Assembly: GCA_964188305.1 (NCBI GenBank)
Contig: OZ076888.1
Strand: one strand, 5' to 3'
DNA length: 64,000 nt
Source of the DNA: Podarcis bocagei
Lineage: Eukaryota
Every line of letters starts with the position of its first letter. Within the stretch, counting starts at the first letter, position 1. The position numbers and the translations under genes are program-made. Positions 48,871 to 64,000 of this stretch are shown in pieces. The notes beneath the pieces were generated by a model that worked only from the letters and a program-made list of their open reading frames with translations, was not told the DNA's origin and did no database searches.

Positions 48871-49725
48871 CCTCAGCCTCAGAGCTCTTCCGAAGCAGCT
48901 GGTGTTACCTGCTCCTAATGCTGTTGTGCAGATGTAAAATAGTTATGGCCATACGTCATCAACAGTAGTCTCTTAATAAAGCCACGACTTAGAGCATCCT
49001 TTGCTTAAAACTGTGTTCATTGGTTATATTGCAGTGTGTTCAAAACTGGAGCAAATGTGCTTTGTATTGTACTCAGGCATAGCATGTAAACAGAATCTGC
49101 TGACAGGTACAGAGTTTAGCCTCATACCAACCTCAGCTTTCAGCTTATGTAAGTTGTAGCTGTTACAGCTGAAAATATAGATGCAGAAGTATGTGGGTAA
49201 TGTACAGTTTTAGAAACCAGAGGGGCAAAGCTTTCTCTAGTTCCTGCCCTCTGCTCAACAGAAGCAGAATTTATGTATGCAGAGCAAGTAAACATGTAAA
49301 TGTAATTCATTTGCATTATTTGTACAGTTCACACAATTTATTCTCCCTTTGAACAGAATTTTAAATTTTTTAAACTTGGATACAAAGACAGCTAGATCAG
49401 CAGAGTTTGGGAACCTGTGGCCAACCAGATGTTGCCAGACTATAGCTTTCATCACCCCCGATCGTTGCTCGTATGGCTGGGGCTGAGAATTGGGCACGTC
49501 AGTTTTGCTACTGCTGATCTAGAGGAAAAGGAGAGCAAGTGTGCTTCTCACAAACTAGCAAGAGAACTTTCAAGTGCAAGAGTAGCCACACCTGTAAATT
49601 CTTTCCTCCTTTACTTGTATAAAGACACCATAGCAATTCTCTTATTGCCTGTACATATTGCTTACTTCTCCAGAAGAGATAACATACTACTCCATTTCTT
49701 AATGGGTGCCTTTGTTCTCCTATAG

Positions 49726-49888
49726 GATTGAAGACCGCACCACATCATGCGCTGATGTTGATGGCTGCAGCAACAGCAATAAGGAGATAGATGCAGCTGA
49801 TCAAACCAGCCACTACACTGCTTCCCACTACAGGAAGAAAAAAAGTGGAATGGGAACTGCAGACTACCTGCACCAGCTCCGCCGGTGA
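49726..49888 (+). CDS. AVPI1: AVPI1 coding exon 2 (stop); joined CDS 486 nt = 161 aa
   Basis: tatag|G ATT GAA...; ends GTADYLHQLRR* (human SYLHQIRH); AATAAA at 50162-50167. Confidence 0.9.
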
Positions 49889-52800
49889 GCAACTGAACCT
49901 GATGGCAACAGTTGTAGTTAAATGTCACTGTACGGAACAAGGGTAGCCTGAACCCAAGGGGGGTTCGTATGGAAGATGCACTTCTCTCATAGTAAAATGT
50001 TTTCGTATAATATCCTCTGTGCTTCACACTGGCAAAAATGGTGGAGAAACTTGAAACCAACCCTCCTCTTTCAAGCACTACCTGTTCTGGTTCTCAGACT
50101 TGACCACATCCGGCTATGACAAAGCACAAACACTACAGACTGAATGTACCTGGTCATATTTAATAAAGCTTATTATACAGTCTCCTCTATGAAAGCGCTT
50201 TGTGAATGCAAGTAGTAATTGCTTAAATTGCACCAATGTCTCTAGTTCAGCACTGTATTTTGCATAATCAGATACTTCTGAGAAGTCCACAAGGAGGCTG
50301 CATGAAGGTAACAGCTTTCTTGTTGGCTCCCACTCAGTAATTTGTATTTGGAGGCAGGCTGCCCCAGCTGCATGAAAACTATGTGGCACCTTCATGTAAG
50401 TAGCTGGAGGCAGGGCTGTCCCTCATGAGTTTGTCTAGCTGCCTTTTAAGATCAGGTAGTCACATCTTGAAGTGGATTTCCTCAATATGCCAGTGTGTCA
50501 ATTGCCTCTTCTAAATCTGAGGCGAGTCAAGTGTTGGGGTTGAGGAATGGATTATTAAGGGTCTGGGTTTGCACCAAAAGCACTGTCTACAGTGACAGCC
50601 TTAGAAAGTCTCACTTTCTGCAAGACTAGCTGTCTTCGTAAATTCTCTTCACCCACCTAGTTGTGAGGGTGGTCACTCCATCCTATACAAAGAATAATCA
50701 TGGGGCAGGGCAAGTATAATGCTCTTTCACTCTGTAGGTGTGATCATGTTGACTGGGGAGTAGTTCCCATACTGCTATTATACAAGAGGTCAGTCCTTTG
50801 AAAAAGTAAGTGTTCGAAAAAGTTATGAGATGGAGTGTGGGGACATACACAGTCCTGGTAATTCCCAGAGAACAGGAACTAAGGCTGCATTGTGTTTAAA
50901 CAGTATTCTGCCTATATGTACTCACATACCCTTGTTGAACAAACTGAAGTCTGCCCATTTGGGTGCCTAGCTATAATAGTTCTCTCAAGGCAAGAAGAAG
51001 GTCTTGTGCACAATCAGCGTCATACTTGGTGAAGAAGTTGGGCAACTTGTATTTTCTTTCAACTGTACAGATTTTATATTACCAAAATAGAAGTGAATAC
51101 TAACATTAAGGCGATGAAAGGGTATATGTTGTGTTAAATATCACTTCGAGCCAGGGCCATCCAAGCTAACAGGATGAAATGCATGATTCTTTCTCCTAAA
51201 GGCTATAAAAGGATCAGGAATGTTTTTCTGCAGGTGGTAAAGGGGTAGAGAATATGCGGTCCTTCAGATGTTTTTAGACTCTTAACTCCAGTCAGCCCCA
51301 CCTAGCATGGCCAGTAACTGGGATAGTGGAATTTATAGCCTGGAACATCAGGCAGGCAGGCCACAGCTTCCCCACCCCATGGGTTCGGGCCAGCTTCCCA
51401 TCCCATGCTTTGCAATACAAAAAAGTCAGACACAAGGAAGGACTTTCCAATGATGTATGCAGTGTAAGCTTCACCTAGTGGGGAATATTCATACTGCAGG
51501 GGAAGTAGAGAGCAAGTGTGAGCCATGACACAATTGCAAGCAGCAGCACTATTGCAATGAGGAGAGCAGGGAGAAAATTCAGTTCCCATTAACACAAGCA
51601 GACAAAAAAAACCACGCAAGAGACTGGCTCTGCAATTGCAGACCTGTTATGAAGATACTTGCATTGATTTAAATATATTACATACATTTCTACAGTGCAT
51701 AAGAACAATACATTTCAGTTCAGGCTGGCAAAAAGGAAAAGAACCCGTGCCTGGCATCAAGTACATCAGCTTCAGCCTGGCACCTCAGGCATACAGCAGG
51801 GAATTGTCCCCCAAGTGAGAAAGAGGCAGACCCCCCCACATACAGGGTACCAGGCGACTGCTCTGAACAGCAGAGAAGCTGGACTCGATGCAAGGCTTCT
51901 CCTTGCAGGCCTGGGTGGCAGCCAAATTAGCAACACCCAAGGAGAAATCAGGACACTTGTATGGACAATTTCAGAGGGAAACTTGATGCCAGGGATTTAG
52001 CACAGTAGCTTTCAGGAAAGCAGCATTCACTGTACCATTCCATTGCACATGGGGTGTAAAGGGCCTCGGTATGGTAGTGATCCTAATGTGAGTGCTTCCC
52101 CTTATGAGGATGCAGTGAGGACATTTCCCCCATGGCAGCAGGCAACCCCACCCAGAGAACCTCCTCCCCCCTCCCGATTGTCAATGCCCAAACGCAGCCC
52201 AAGGGAGGATTCTGTCTCTGGCAGTGGCCTCTTTTCTGCCTCCTGCTCACCCCAGCATCGGCAGAGAAGAGGCACAGCTATTACTTCCTCTAGGGATCAG
52301 ACTAGATGGGTGTGAAATACTAGCCCAAGGCTAACAGTGCGAGGATATAGTCATCCTCTCAGTTGCACCAGCACTACATGGAGAACAAGTGTGTTCACTT
52401 GGGTTCAATTATTTAAAACCAATGTTAAAATCTACTATTTGAGGCATTTACTCCCTTGCAGAAGGAAGGGAAGGAAGCACAGCAGTTATACTCTTGCAGG
52501 ACCTACCTGCTAATATTACCCCAGGCAGACAAAAGCTGCACCAACAGACTCTAGTCCGACCCTTAAGTTCTTCTTTCCTCTCTATCCCAACTTGCATCCT
52601 CCCAGGAGCAGTCGGTGGCAGCTGTGCTCCTTATGGATGGCCCCAAGACATGACTGGTGCCTACAGCACGAGGGGGAGCTCTGTGGGACCACGGATAACA
52701 GAGCAAGCCTAGTGGAGCAGGGTCCTCCCCCTCCGCTGCAGGATAAAACAGGGTGCAGGGAAGGAGGAAGGAATATCAAGGCTGGGAGTTGCACACAGCA

Positions 52801-53183
52801 GGAGCACTTCTATCCAACTCAGATCATCCCCCTTCATCGCCAGCCTTCCCAGGCAGAGGACCCTGGGGTGTTCTCCACCCAGGTGGACATTAGAGGGACG
52901 GCTTGCAACCAAAGGATGCTGCATGCAGGCACCTGCTGGGAGATGCTGCCATGCTCAGGCTGGGGAGCGGGCGGGCATTTCCAGCCCGCAGCAAGAGGGG
53001 GGGGGGAGCAGTCAGGTCTAAGGAAGGGCCTCCCTTCCTGCTGGGAATGTGCAGAGTTGAGGCTGGCTGGTAGCGCCTGCTTACATCTCCCACTGGCAGC
53101 ATCACAGCGGCCTCAGTCTGGAGGATTGGCTGCCCGCTGTCAAGTGATAACTCGGGTTCCTCGATGAGTCGCAGAGGCCTCTG

Positions 53184-53345
<162 letters not shown>

Positions 53346-53386
53346 CTAGGAAGAGAAGAGGGGGGAAACTTGAGTGCCCGGAGTCA

Positions 53387-53530
<144 letters not shown>

Positions 53531-53663
53531 CTACAAAAGAGACAGCAACAGATAGATAGACGGACACGGTTAGGGTGGGTGCTGCGTACAAATCTCTTCT
53601 TGTCTTCTGTTCTTATGGAGAGGAATAGGTGCAGTTACCCTCCCACAGCATCCACACAAATTA

Positions 53664-53891
<228 letters not shown>

Positions 53892-54080
53892 TTAGCAGGC
53901 TTGTTACGAGGGCAACATCCCATAAAGGACACAGAAGACGACTCAATCTTCGCACTGGAGGCCCTGAACATCCTGGACTCCACATGGAAACACAAGGCAG
54001 TCAGCCCTTAAAGAGCACCCTGGACCAGCCAGAAACACTTGCTTACTGGGAATCTGCTTGGGTTCTAGTGCTTGGGACTA

Positions 54081-54185
<105 letters not shown>

Positions 54186-54959
54186 CTACAGAGAGGGAAG
54201 AATGTTGAACCAGAAAAGGGTACTGTTGTATTTGTTACTTTTTACAGGAAAATGTTTAAAACCAAATATAATAATGAGTAAAACAATATGTAAAATGTTC
54301 ATCCACACACACACACACACACAAACAAGGGGTGCTCTGCCCCAGTGCTCACTGTTTACCAACCGCAACTCCACTTCTCTTCCCACATTAACCCTCTACA
54401 GATTCCCCTTCCCACCCTGTGCAACCACTTAATCCCCTTTGTACCTTCCCACACTAATTTTTGAAGCCATTTGTCTCTTCCATTCTGCAGCTCCTCTTTG
54501 TCCTCGTTTTCAGCATCCCAAAAGCAACACAATGGGCACTGCTTATACTACCAAAAGTTCTCAAATCCTCTGTGCCCCCCCTTCTCCCCCCCCCCAAGGC
54601 CCAAAGGGAGTCCATGCAATGCTAATGGGCAAAGCGAGTCTAGCACTCCTTTGACGCTACCTTCTCCCTCCCAATTTTGCCCCTCTGCAAGCTTGCTGGA
54701 GACATGATGCCAGCTTTCTCTTTTCTGGCACTCACTGGAAAGGGCTCAGCAACTTCTGGACTCTCCCATGTCTTGGTGCCAGGCTATACACTGAAGACCA
54801 ACTTTCTATATCACTCAGAACCAAGGGCTGTCACTCCACAAGCAGCAAGTTGTCAGCTAGTCTACCTGTGCCTAAGATGTGTTCAGCAGTTACGGCGCCT
54901 GATTAGAGACATTCCCTTAAATGTGGCCCTTCCTCAATGCTGCATACCAATTCCTTCTA

Positions 54960-55139
<180 letters not shown>

Positions 55140-55607
55140 TCATCACAGATAGCAAGATCCACATTGTAGTATTAAAAAGTGGCGGTGGGGGGAGAAGTAA
55201 GACACATCATTAGACTATGTAATCTGGCAGCTTACAATCTTTCAGTCGTTCGTCCCCTATTATTTGGAGGAGGCAACCTTATTCCAGCCTTGTCATTACT
55301 GCTCATGGTTTGTCAAGCCACAGAAGAATTTCCCATGCAAAACAGCAAGGCAATCCCCTACTATCCTTCCTTCAGGGGAAGTGGAAGCTGCAGAGCCTGC
55401 ATCCTAGGCTTGGGAAGATGCTGTACAGCCTTCAGGTAAGAGTATCCCAACTCTACGAGGATTTTAGGACAATAAGACTACCTATGGCTACAGCAGGGCT
55501 CCAGGTTGGAACTCTGCATAAATCACTTGCAGGCTATCCATCACGTCTTCGACACAATGGTTTGCCTCAAGAGCCAAGGAGCACCAGCACACAGCTATGT
55601 AGGGCTT

Positions 55608-55768
55608 TAGGTTAGTGGAAGAGCACATGCTCCATATGTAGGAATTTCCAGGCTCAGTCCCTGACATCTACAGATAGGGCTGGAAAAGGCTTTTGAATAA
55701 TCAATGTAGAGAATACTGAGTTAAAGTGAACCAACCATCTGACTTAGTAAAAGGCAGTTTCCTATTAT
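55608..55768 (+). mobile_element. Diverged tRNA-derived SINE (same family as 32159)
   Basis: tagtggaagagcacatgc...ccaggctcagtccctgacatct...aatactgag...aaggcagtttcctat. Confidence 0.6.
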
Positions 55769-56070
55769 TCCCCTCAAATACAGGAGGAAGTCCCCAAATA
55801 TAAATGACAAGGAGACAAGGTCACAGGAACCCAAATGACAATAGAATATAAATTATTGAAACATGAATATAAACATGTGCAAGTATATGTGTGCAGAACA
55901 CAGAAGCACTGTGTAGAAAACAAGGAATTTCCCCCCAATTACTATAAATAGTAATTGATGAGATCCCCAGGACTGTATCATGTTGCATACCTCTTCAAAA
56001 ACAAATTGGGAGAATGATTGTCATTTCATTTTCTTACGATAGTACCTATAGACAACGTTGTGGGACATCA

Positions 56071-56454
<384 letters not shown>

Positions 56455-56485
56455 TCAGTGGCACAAAACATTTCTGGGCACCTTA

Positions 56486-56677
<192 letters not shown>

Positions 56678-57294
56678 CTAGGCATATACAGGTCTGCCTA
56701 CTTTATTAAAAACAAAAAACAAAACCTACACATCTCAAATTCTGAGCATAATTTATTGACCTGAAAAATTACAATGGGGTGGGGAGAGTAAAACCCTATA
56801 CCTTCTAGCAGCTTTGTTAAAAAGTAAATGAAAGTATATAGTACTTTAAAAGTGATATAAACATTCCATGCTTATGGTTACAACTTTTCTACATCTGTAG
56901 TCAGGTTCTTCTAACTACTTCTACATGTAGTTCCTATCCCAAAACTCAAATATGGAGATCAAACTCAAGAATGCAGTAACCAAATTAATGCAAAAACCAG
57001 CAACTCACCACACTTGGCAAAGGGCAATTTTTTTAAAGAACGAATGAATGGAATATAATAATTCTGGGACTACTCCCAGTTGCTTCTTCCCTCAATTGCT
57101 GTTCTGCTTCTAATCCAAAGCCAGAAGTCCTCACTGGGCTAGGAGTGAGAAATATCAATAGATATATAGGAACAAACTATTAAGATAAGAGACAGAAGTG
57201 GGAGCTGGATGAAAGGCAGGATTTTATTATTTAGGAAGTAGGCAGTTCTGGGGATCCCACACAGAAACACACAGGTCTCTATGCAGGCATCCTA

Positions 57295-57570
<276 letters not shown>

Positions 57571-57879
57571 TTAATTCAAGCTGGGCAAGGCAAGGGCAGC
57601 CAACCCCCACAACATATGGCAAAGTACCAGGCTCTTGCCAAACAGATCAATACTGTAGAAAGAGAAGGGGTTAGAGGTCTTCTTTGCTAAGAGCTACACA
57701 TTTACAAGAATGCTTCCAGTTAAAACATACACATCCGTCACAAAGGGACCTGGTGCCCCACTTTTCAAGAGCAGACCTTCAACCAACAGTTCTCATTTTT
57801 CACTCCCAGGAGTTCAGGCAGCCAAGCTGAGTGCGCATTCTCTGAACAAACATATTACCCAAGACAACAGTTCTTAACT

Positions 57880-58014
57880 GCAGTGGGGAAATCTGTGACC
57901 CTGCAGGGGTTGTTGGACCCAACTCCTATCAGCCTCAGCCAGCATGGCCAGTGATCAGGAATGATGGGAGTTGGAGTCCAACAACATATAGAAGGCTACA
58001 GGTTCCCTACCCTG
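57880..58014. repeat. Abundant ~130-bp fold-back repeat (probable MITE); best-preserved copy
   Basis: ggggaaatctgtgaccc...caactcctatca...tgatgggagttggagtccaacaacat...caggttccc. Diverged copies near 5061-5530 (split), 12165-12270, 16158-16298, 24405-24505, 26380-26480, 39545-39655, 49400-49490, 51235-51375, 59095-59212. Confidence 0.7.
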
Positions 58015-58060
58015 TCTTAATCAAATAATTCCAAAATTAAAAACTGGTAAAATTAATCTC

Positions 58061-58431
58061 TTTAGCCTGGAAAAGAGGCGACTGAGAGGACATATGATAG
58101 CCATCTTCCAATATCTAAAGGGCTGCCACATGGAAGATGGAGCAACCTTGTTTTTGCCTGCTCCAGAGGCGAGAATTGGAACTAATGAATTCAAGTTACA
58201 AGTCAGGAGATTCTGACTAAACCTCAGGAAGAATCTTCTGACAGTAAGAGTTGTTCAACAGTGGAACAGATTACCCATGAGAGGTGGTAGGCTCTCCTTC
58301 TTTGGAGGCTTTTAAGCAGAGGTTGGATGGCCATCTGTCATAGACACTTTAGCTAAGATTCCTGCATTGCAGGGGGTTGAACTTGATGATCCTGGGGGGT
58401 CCCTTCCAACTCTACAGTTCTCTGATTCTAT
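58061..58431 (+). mobile_element. CR1 LINE 3' fragment (older, diverged)
   Basis: tttagcctggaaaagaggcgactgagagg...atatctaaagggctgcca...ccttccaactctacagttctctgattctat; homologous to 5113-5482. Confidence 0.85.
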
Positions 58432-61400
58432 AATCCAGGTGCACAATGACCTAAATAAGCAGACTGATCAGTTCCACCTCCTGGGACTGATCGGCTACAC
58501 CTCACTGGTTAGGTAGGTGTAACGAAGTTTATGGCATCTCTAGTTGGGAAATTTACTGGGAGGTTTCACTTCCCTGTCCACATAGTCCCAGTGCTTTAAA
58601 TTGTATGCTGAGAGCTACAATTAGCTGCTGCATTTTCAGCGGGGGAATGGGGCCTTCCACCGTAAAGCAATGTTTCAAACCTTTTGAGTTCTGGTTCCCT
58701 TCTAAAACTTACTCCCCCACCCCACCCCGCCTTCTAAGCCCACTCAACCTCATTGTCAGTGCTCTCTTTAGCTAGGGAGCGCACAGAGGAGTTACTGTGG
58801 CACAAATATCCAGCCTTTCCTACTACAAGACCTTTTGGGTTCTCTATAGAGTCCCACCCATGGGCCTCAGAGAAAGATTGCCATGTCATTTTTTACAACA
58901 GTGAGATGCAGACAAGTCAACCAGCTGCCGCTTCTCATCTCAGGATGACTCTAGCAGGATGACGCTCAGTCAGGAGACAAAGATCCTGGGGAACTCCAGA
59001 AAGGAAGTAAAGTGTACAGAGTGCCACATGTTACCAAAGACTCTTCCCGCCCCTCCTAATACTTTGTAAGCCTGGTAGACTGTGCTCCACAGACAAGAGA
59101 ATCTGTGGCCCTCTAAGATGTTGGACTACAACACCCATCAGCCCCAGTTGGCATGGCCAATAATATGAAATCTGTAGTCAAGCAGCCATTGGAGGGCTAC
59201 AGGTTCTCCACCCCTTCTCTGTCCCCACACCAACAACAATACTAGCATTCCATACAAGGTTACCAAAGCGACAGGCACACAGCTTAGGAAAGGTCCACAC
59301 TGAGAACTCTGGAGCAGCTTCTGGGGACTCAGCTACATTGGCAAAGAAAAAACACTTATGCTTTGTTTATGCATTCTAACACTGTGACACCAGATGGCGC
59401 TGTGGAGTTCTGTTTTTGCTAACCCGATTTCTCATACAAAGTTTGCAACGCGTGAAACGTTTCTTTGATATGTCTATAGCCTGGCCTATTCCACGAATGC
59501 ACCACCAACAGGTCCTGGATTCTGGGTAGCTGAAGCTGCATGACATAAGTCAACATAGGAGGCTACCTTCTACAGAAGATGCTTCATTGAAAAGATTTAT
59601 GAGCATTTGTTTTTTAACAGAACTGCAGGTGAAGTCTCTGAAAATACAACGGGTATTTCTACTAAAAGTTTGAAAATCAAATATAAGGAGTAGGGTTCCT
59701 TCAGTCAGCAGCTCCTTCCCACCCACGGCCTTTTCACTCATACAGCTCTGTCATCAGAACCTTCGAATTTGTGACCAAAAAAAGGACAGATGTGCACACG
59801 AAACACATGCAACGCAAAAGCAAAATTGGCATTTTTTTTCATAAGTTCTGGATTGTATAGTAACAGAAAGTTGGAGCTTCAGCACACAATTCTAGATATA
59901 CCAAATACATTCAAGGCTCTTAGTAAAGGGGAGCTAAGAGTTAAAAAGAATGGGAGCATTGTGGCTGGCATAGAAACCAGGAAAAAAAATGTAATATGTA
60001 ATAAGCCAGCCAGGCTCCTGGATACTAGATATTCCAATGCCACATAGAGCTGGGCCAGGCCTATGCATTGGAAGATGCCATTAAATATGTCTGTTTACCT
60101 GGGTGGGGAAACCCTGGCAATCTACCAGAATCAAAATTCCTCATTCCTGACACCCCTGATTATCATGTATGCTGGCTGCTCTCACTTTCCCTCTCTAGGC
60201 AGCTGCACTGCTGAGGAAGCCATGTCTTCTAGCTGGTCAGTTCCATACTAGATGTTAGATAAATCTCTCTCCCAGCCATGTACCAAGAGATGACTTTTTA
60301 AACCATGAGGTGGAGAGGACACAGAGTTGCCACCACAGTTAGCAGAAAGGCAGGGTCAACAGCGTATCTCCAGTCACACATACAACAGTTATATCCAACC
60401 ATCTACCAATGGCACACACATACACACATATAAAGAGGTCAGGTCTAATTGGCAGCAACTAACCCAGAAACCATAGCCTCCCCCACAAAGCTCTGGCTGA
60501 AATGGCTCCTTTCTAATGAACAAAAACTGAAGGAAGTAGTGCTGCATCGATCCATTTGCCTTCCATCCACCTAGAGCAGCAGCACAAAGACCAGGCTGAC
60601 TCATCCCGGTGGAATCTCCCACAAACTCAGCTAAAAGGGAAGTGATTCCAAAACCCAAACCAGACAGGAAGAAGAAGCTGGATCACTATAACAAAAACTG
60701 ACATGGCCAGCAAATAAGTCATGCTTTTCATACAATCAACACATGCAACTCAGAAAGAGGAAACTAAATTAATCTGGTTAGTTATGACGGGTCACAAGGA
60801 GAGCCACATGGCCATGCACACAGTCAGTCCTCACATAGGCATGAAGAATACACTGCAGCTGACCGGAACCACAGCTCATGCTAATCCATTTATATAGTAG
60901 GATCAGTTATTCGAAAACTCAGCCCACAGATCCCAACACAAGACAGATATGCCCAATTCCTTGTAAGTACAGTGATATAGCAAGCCAGAGGAGAAAGCAA
61001 AGCCTCAGGATTATTCTCTGCTTAGATTTATTCATTTACAATACTTATAGCCTGCTTTATAGTCTCAAAGGCTCTCAAGATGGCTTATGGAAAATAAAAT
61101 CGCACTCAATTCTAGTACAGGAACAGAAATGACATGGTGCCCATATATATCCATGATTATTCAATGTTCCCTGCCTTTTTCATGTTCTTATCAAGTGTCA
61201 TACCAAGCAGCAGCTCCCATGGAAACCCTAAGGCAAGGGAGTAGGGCTCAGAAGCTGGATCTCACTCAGTCCATGATAGAAGCAGTCTTCCCTTCCTAGA
61301 AGCAGGCAAGGGAGTGGAGCAAACAAGAAAATAATGGGCTAGAACTTAAAAGGGGTAACGCTATTGAATCTACCAGACCTCCTCTCTTAAGGCATGGTCA

Positions 61401-62349
61401 AGCATGAATGCATACATCTTGCTTTCATTCAATACCTGCTTACCCAAATCTGCTTGAAAAAAACAACAGCTTTAAAAAAATACACATGCTGTTAACAGCA
61501 GTAACAGAAATGTCTGATACAAAACAATAAAAGATCAGATTTCATCGTACACCATTCACACACCCACACCTACCTAACTCATCTGATGAGGACCTCAGGC
61601 CACCACGAGGTATGAGTGGCAGGCAATCTTACCTCTCCATTACTAGAATTAACAAACTGAATAAGAGGACTCAATCTGCTTTTTAAAAACTTCCAATGAC
61701 ATGAATATCAGTGTTTCCCAGGACAGCCCAAGTATGTTTACTGCATGGAAGGTTTAACGCATTTAAAACCCATAATTGTGCCCTTAATTTCACTATTTAC
61801 ATAGAACTGCTACTAGCAGGCATGCCATTTTATAGTGCAACAAGAAAGAAAATCTTGTTTCAAGGAGTTTGCCATCTAAAATAGGCACAAAGTAGTTGAT
61901 CTACCATTCTTTATAGAATTTTTTATACCCTCTTGACAAATCTGGGTTTCAAACGAGAAGAATTAAGTCACTAGATAAACAGTCATTGATGTCTGCTAAT
62001 GGGGGAATACCCAAAGCAACATATGGTATTCAAAGCTTAGAAAGTAGACTGGGTAAATATTAGCAGTGGTGACCTGGAATTCTTCATAGCAAAGGGCAAT
62101 GAGTAGAGTACATAACCTGAAATTTGAAAGAGGCTAGTCTGAATATTCTTCTACAAATTAGGCATGTATAGTTCTTTTGATTTTTCTCCCAAAATAAAAC
62201 CCGCACCATCTTGATATCTCAGCCAGCTCCTACAGATATTTAAAATGCAGAGATGAGCTTAAAGAACAGAAATTTCAATGCCAGTTTTATCCAAAAGGTC
62301 AAAAAGTTCAGGAAGCACACAATCAGGAAGGGAAGCAGATCAGCTGCTC

Positions 62350-62481
62350 CATGGGAATAGCTAGGATGGGGGGGGGAGAGGCAGAACCTCAGTTAACTAT
62401 GTATTTTTATTGATTTTTATTTATTTATTTATTTATTTATGGGGGGCAGTAGCCCCTTCCTGCCCCCCCACTACATCCATG
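62350..62481. mobile_element. hAT-type MITE
   Basis: CATGG...CCATG termini; perfect 8-bp TSD AGCTGCTC; same family as 35309-35432 and 45413-45530. Confidence 0.8.
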
Positions 62482-62900
62482 AGCTGCTCCCAGACACCAA
62501 CCATCATTCTCTGCAAAAGGGACTATCTGCCTTACAAGCATACAGCTGTTGCATCAGCAAGCACACAAGAACTTCAAGTGAATTTGTTCAGCTCTCCCTC
62601 TAATGGGGTCATATTCAAATGAGCTAGGTTTCTTGAGCCACTTGTAAAGTGGAGCCGCAAGCTGGAAGCAGTATTAGTTGAGTAACTTTTGGTTAAACTG
62701 CACACTCACACTAACAAAACAATACCATATAACCCCTGCTCCAAACCCATCTGAACCCTGGGGAAATCAGCAGGGAGTTTACAATGTCCAACCACATTAA
62801 TAGGAGCCAACTCCTAGGGACCAAGGTACCTTTGCCCCCCCCCAATAAAATATTTGAGGGGCCAGGGCTCCCCAAAGTTGATGGGCATTGCCATTCAAAT

Positions 62901-62901
<1 letters not shown>

Positions 62902-62939
<38 letters not shown>
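62902..62939. repeat. (GT)n microsatellite
   Basis: Direct reading. Confidence 0.95.
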
Positions 62940-62940
<1 letters not shown>

Positions 62941-63103
62941 GTGCCATGTGATCAATTATATGGGGCAGAGCTTACATCCCCCACAATATTTTATTTAAGT
63001 TGGCACCCCTTGCCACACTAAAGTTATTGTTAGCAAAGTATCTATGTCAATCTAATTCCTATCCATATGCCCCCAAGTACAAGAACTGTATGGTATACTC
63101 TAG

Positions 63104-63355
63104 CACGGGTCAGCAAACTTTTTCAGCAGGGGGCCGGTCCACTGTCCCTCAGACCTTGTGGGGGGCCGAACTATATATTTTTTGGGGGGGAATGAACAAA
63201 TTCCTATGCCCCACAAATAACCCAGAGATGCATTTTAAATAAAAGCGCACATTCTACTTATGTAAAAACATGCTGATTCCCGTACCATCTGTGGGCCGGA
63301 TTTAGAAGGCGATTGGGCCGGATCCAGCCCCCGGGCCTTAGTATGCCTGCCCATG
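63104..63355. mobile_element. hAT/Charlie-like MITE
   Basis: Imperfect TIRs CACGGGTCAGCAAACT / CATGGGCAGGCATACT; CTCTAG on both flanks; internal GGGCCG repeats. Confidence 0.6.
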
Positions 63356-64000
63356 CTCTAGAAGCTTACTAAGAAGAATCCTGTGCCAGTAATACCGCCT
63401 CCAGTAATACCGCCTAGGGCAGTCGGGCCACCTGCCTCCTTATTCAAGATCAGAAAGAGACAGATCCAACTAAAGAAACACATTATGAAGATAAGGCCAA
63501 ACTAAATGCCAAGAATGGGTAACAAGCAACAGGTATCCTCCCCTACCCAGACAACCGAACAGAACTAAAAATCCAGGACAGCAACTGACACCAGAATAGC
63601 AGCTACTAAAGCCTTTAACTGGACAAGGCTATGCTGGCCTCTGGAAACAGCCAACCGATACACTCCAAGTCCAAGATAACTTTACCCAATTACAACAGAA
63701 CACCTCAACATGTCAAGCAGTACTGTGCCTCCTCATTGGGTAAGAAGGCCTAAAGCTTCTAGCTTTATTTTTTGTATTATTCCCCAATAACCATAGTATT
63801 ACACTGACAGCAACACTATGAAACAAACATTGGAACTGTGAGATGCTAAAGAGCAAGACCATACCTGTTTGTATTATATTTACAATAATAAAACTGGTTC
63901 TGTTTAAGAATAAGGCCTACACTTGGCTGTTCCTCCTAGGGGAGAAGGGCACAGCTGACAAATCAGCTGTACATGATGGGTTATATTGAGCACTGTCCTT

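Noticed and set aside
52592-53167. 191-aa ORF on +
   Set aside because: Antisense to the PI4K2A 3' UTR, non-ATG start, no domain features.
61577-61618. CTGATGA followed by a hairpin (possible hammerhead)
   Set aside because: No GAAA after stem II and no NUH site; the core is incomplete.
63386-63415. 15-bp tandem duplication CCAGTAATACCGCCT (similar small duplications near 14150 and 47718)
   Set aside because: Ordinary slippage duplications; two units only, no spacers, not an array or CRISPR-like structure.

Overview
Vertebrate genomic DNA. The repeat content (CR1, L2, tRNA-derived SINEs, hAT and mariner MITEs, Penelope-like elements) points to a squamate, probably a lacertid lizard; this is inference. 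The window holds the block syntenic with human 10q24: SFRP5 (+, 3 coding exons), ZFYVE27/protrudin (-, 12 coding exons including a 21-nt neural microexon), MARVELD1 (-, single-exon CDS), AVPI1 (+, 2 coding exons) and PI4K2A (-, coding exons 2-9; exon 1 lies beyond the window). All exon boundaries were read by hand and give GT-AG introns with consistent phases. The most striking non-genic structures are two unrelated Penelope-like element (PLE) insertions. (1) A young, 5'-truncated RT + GIY-YIG element in SFRP5 intron 1, bracketed by an apparently identical 454-bp inverted repeat, with a minimal hammerhead ribozyme core in each arm. (2) A ~270-bp PLE remnant in the last ZFYVE27 intron with a well-formed minimal hammerhead in the pre-mRNA sense. 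Both carry short tandem duplications at the inversion junction. I found no new protein-coding system; the candidate novelty is intronic ribozyme and dsRNA modules delivered by PLEs into host genes.
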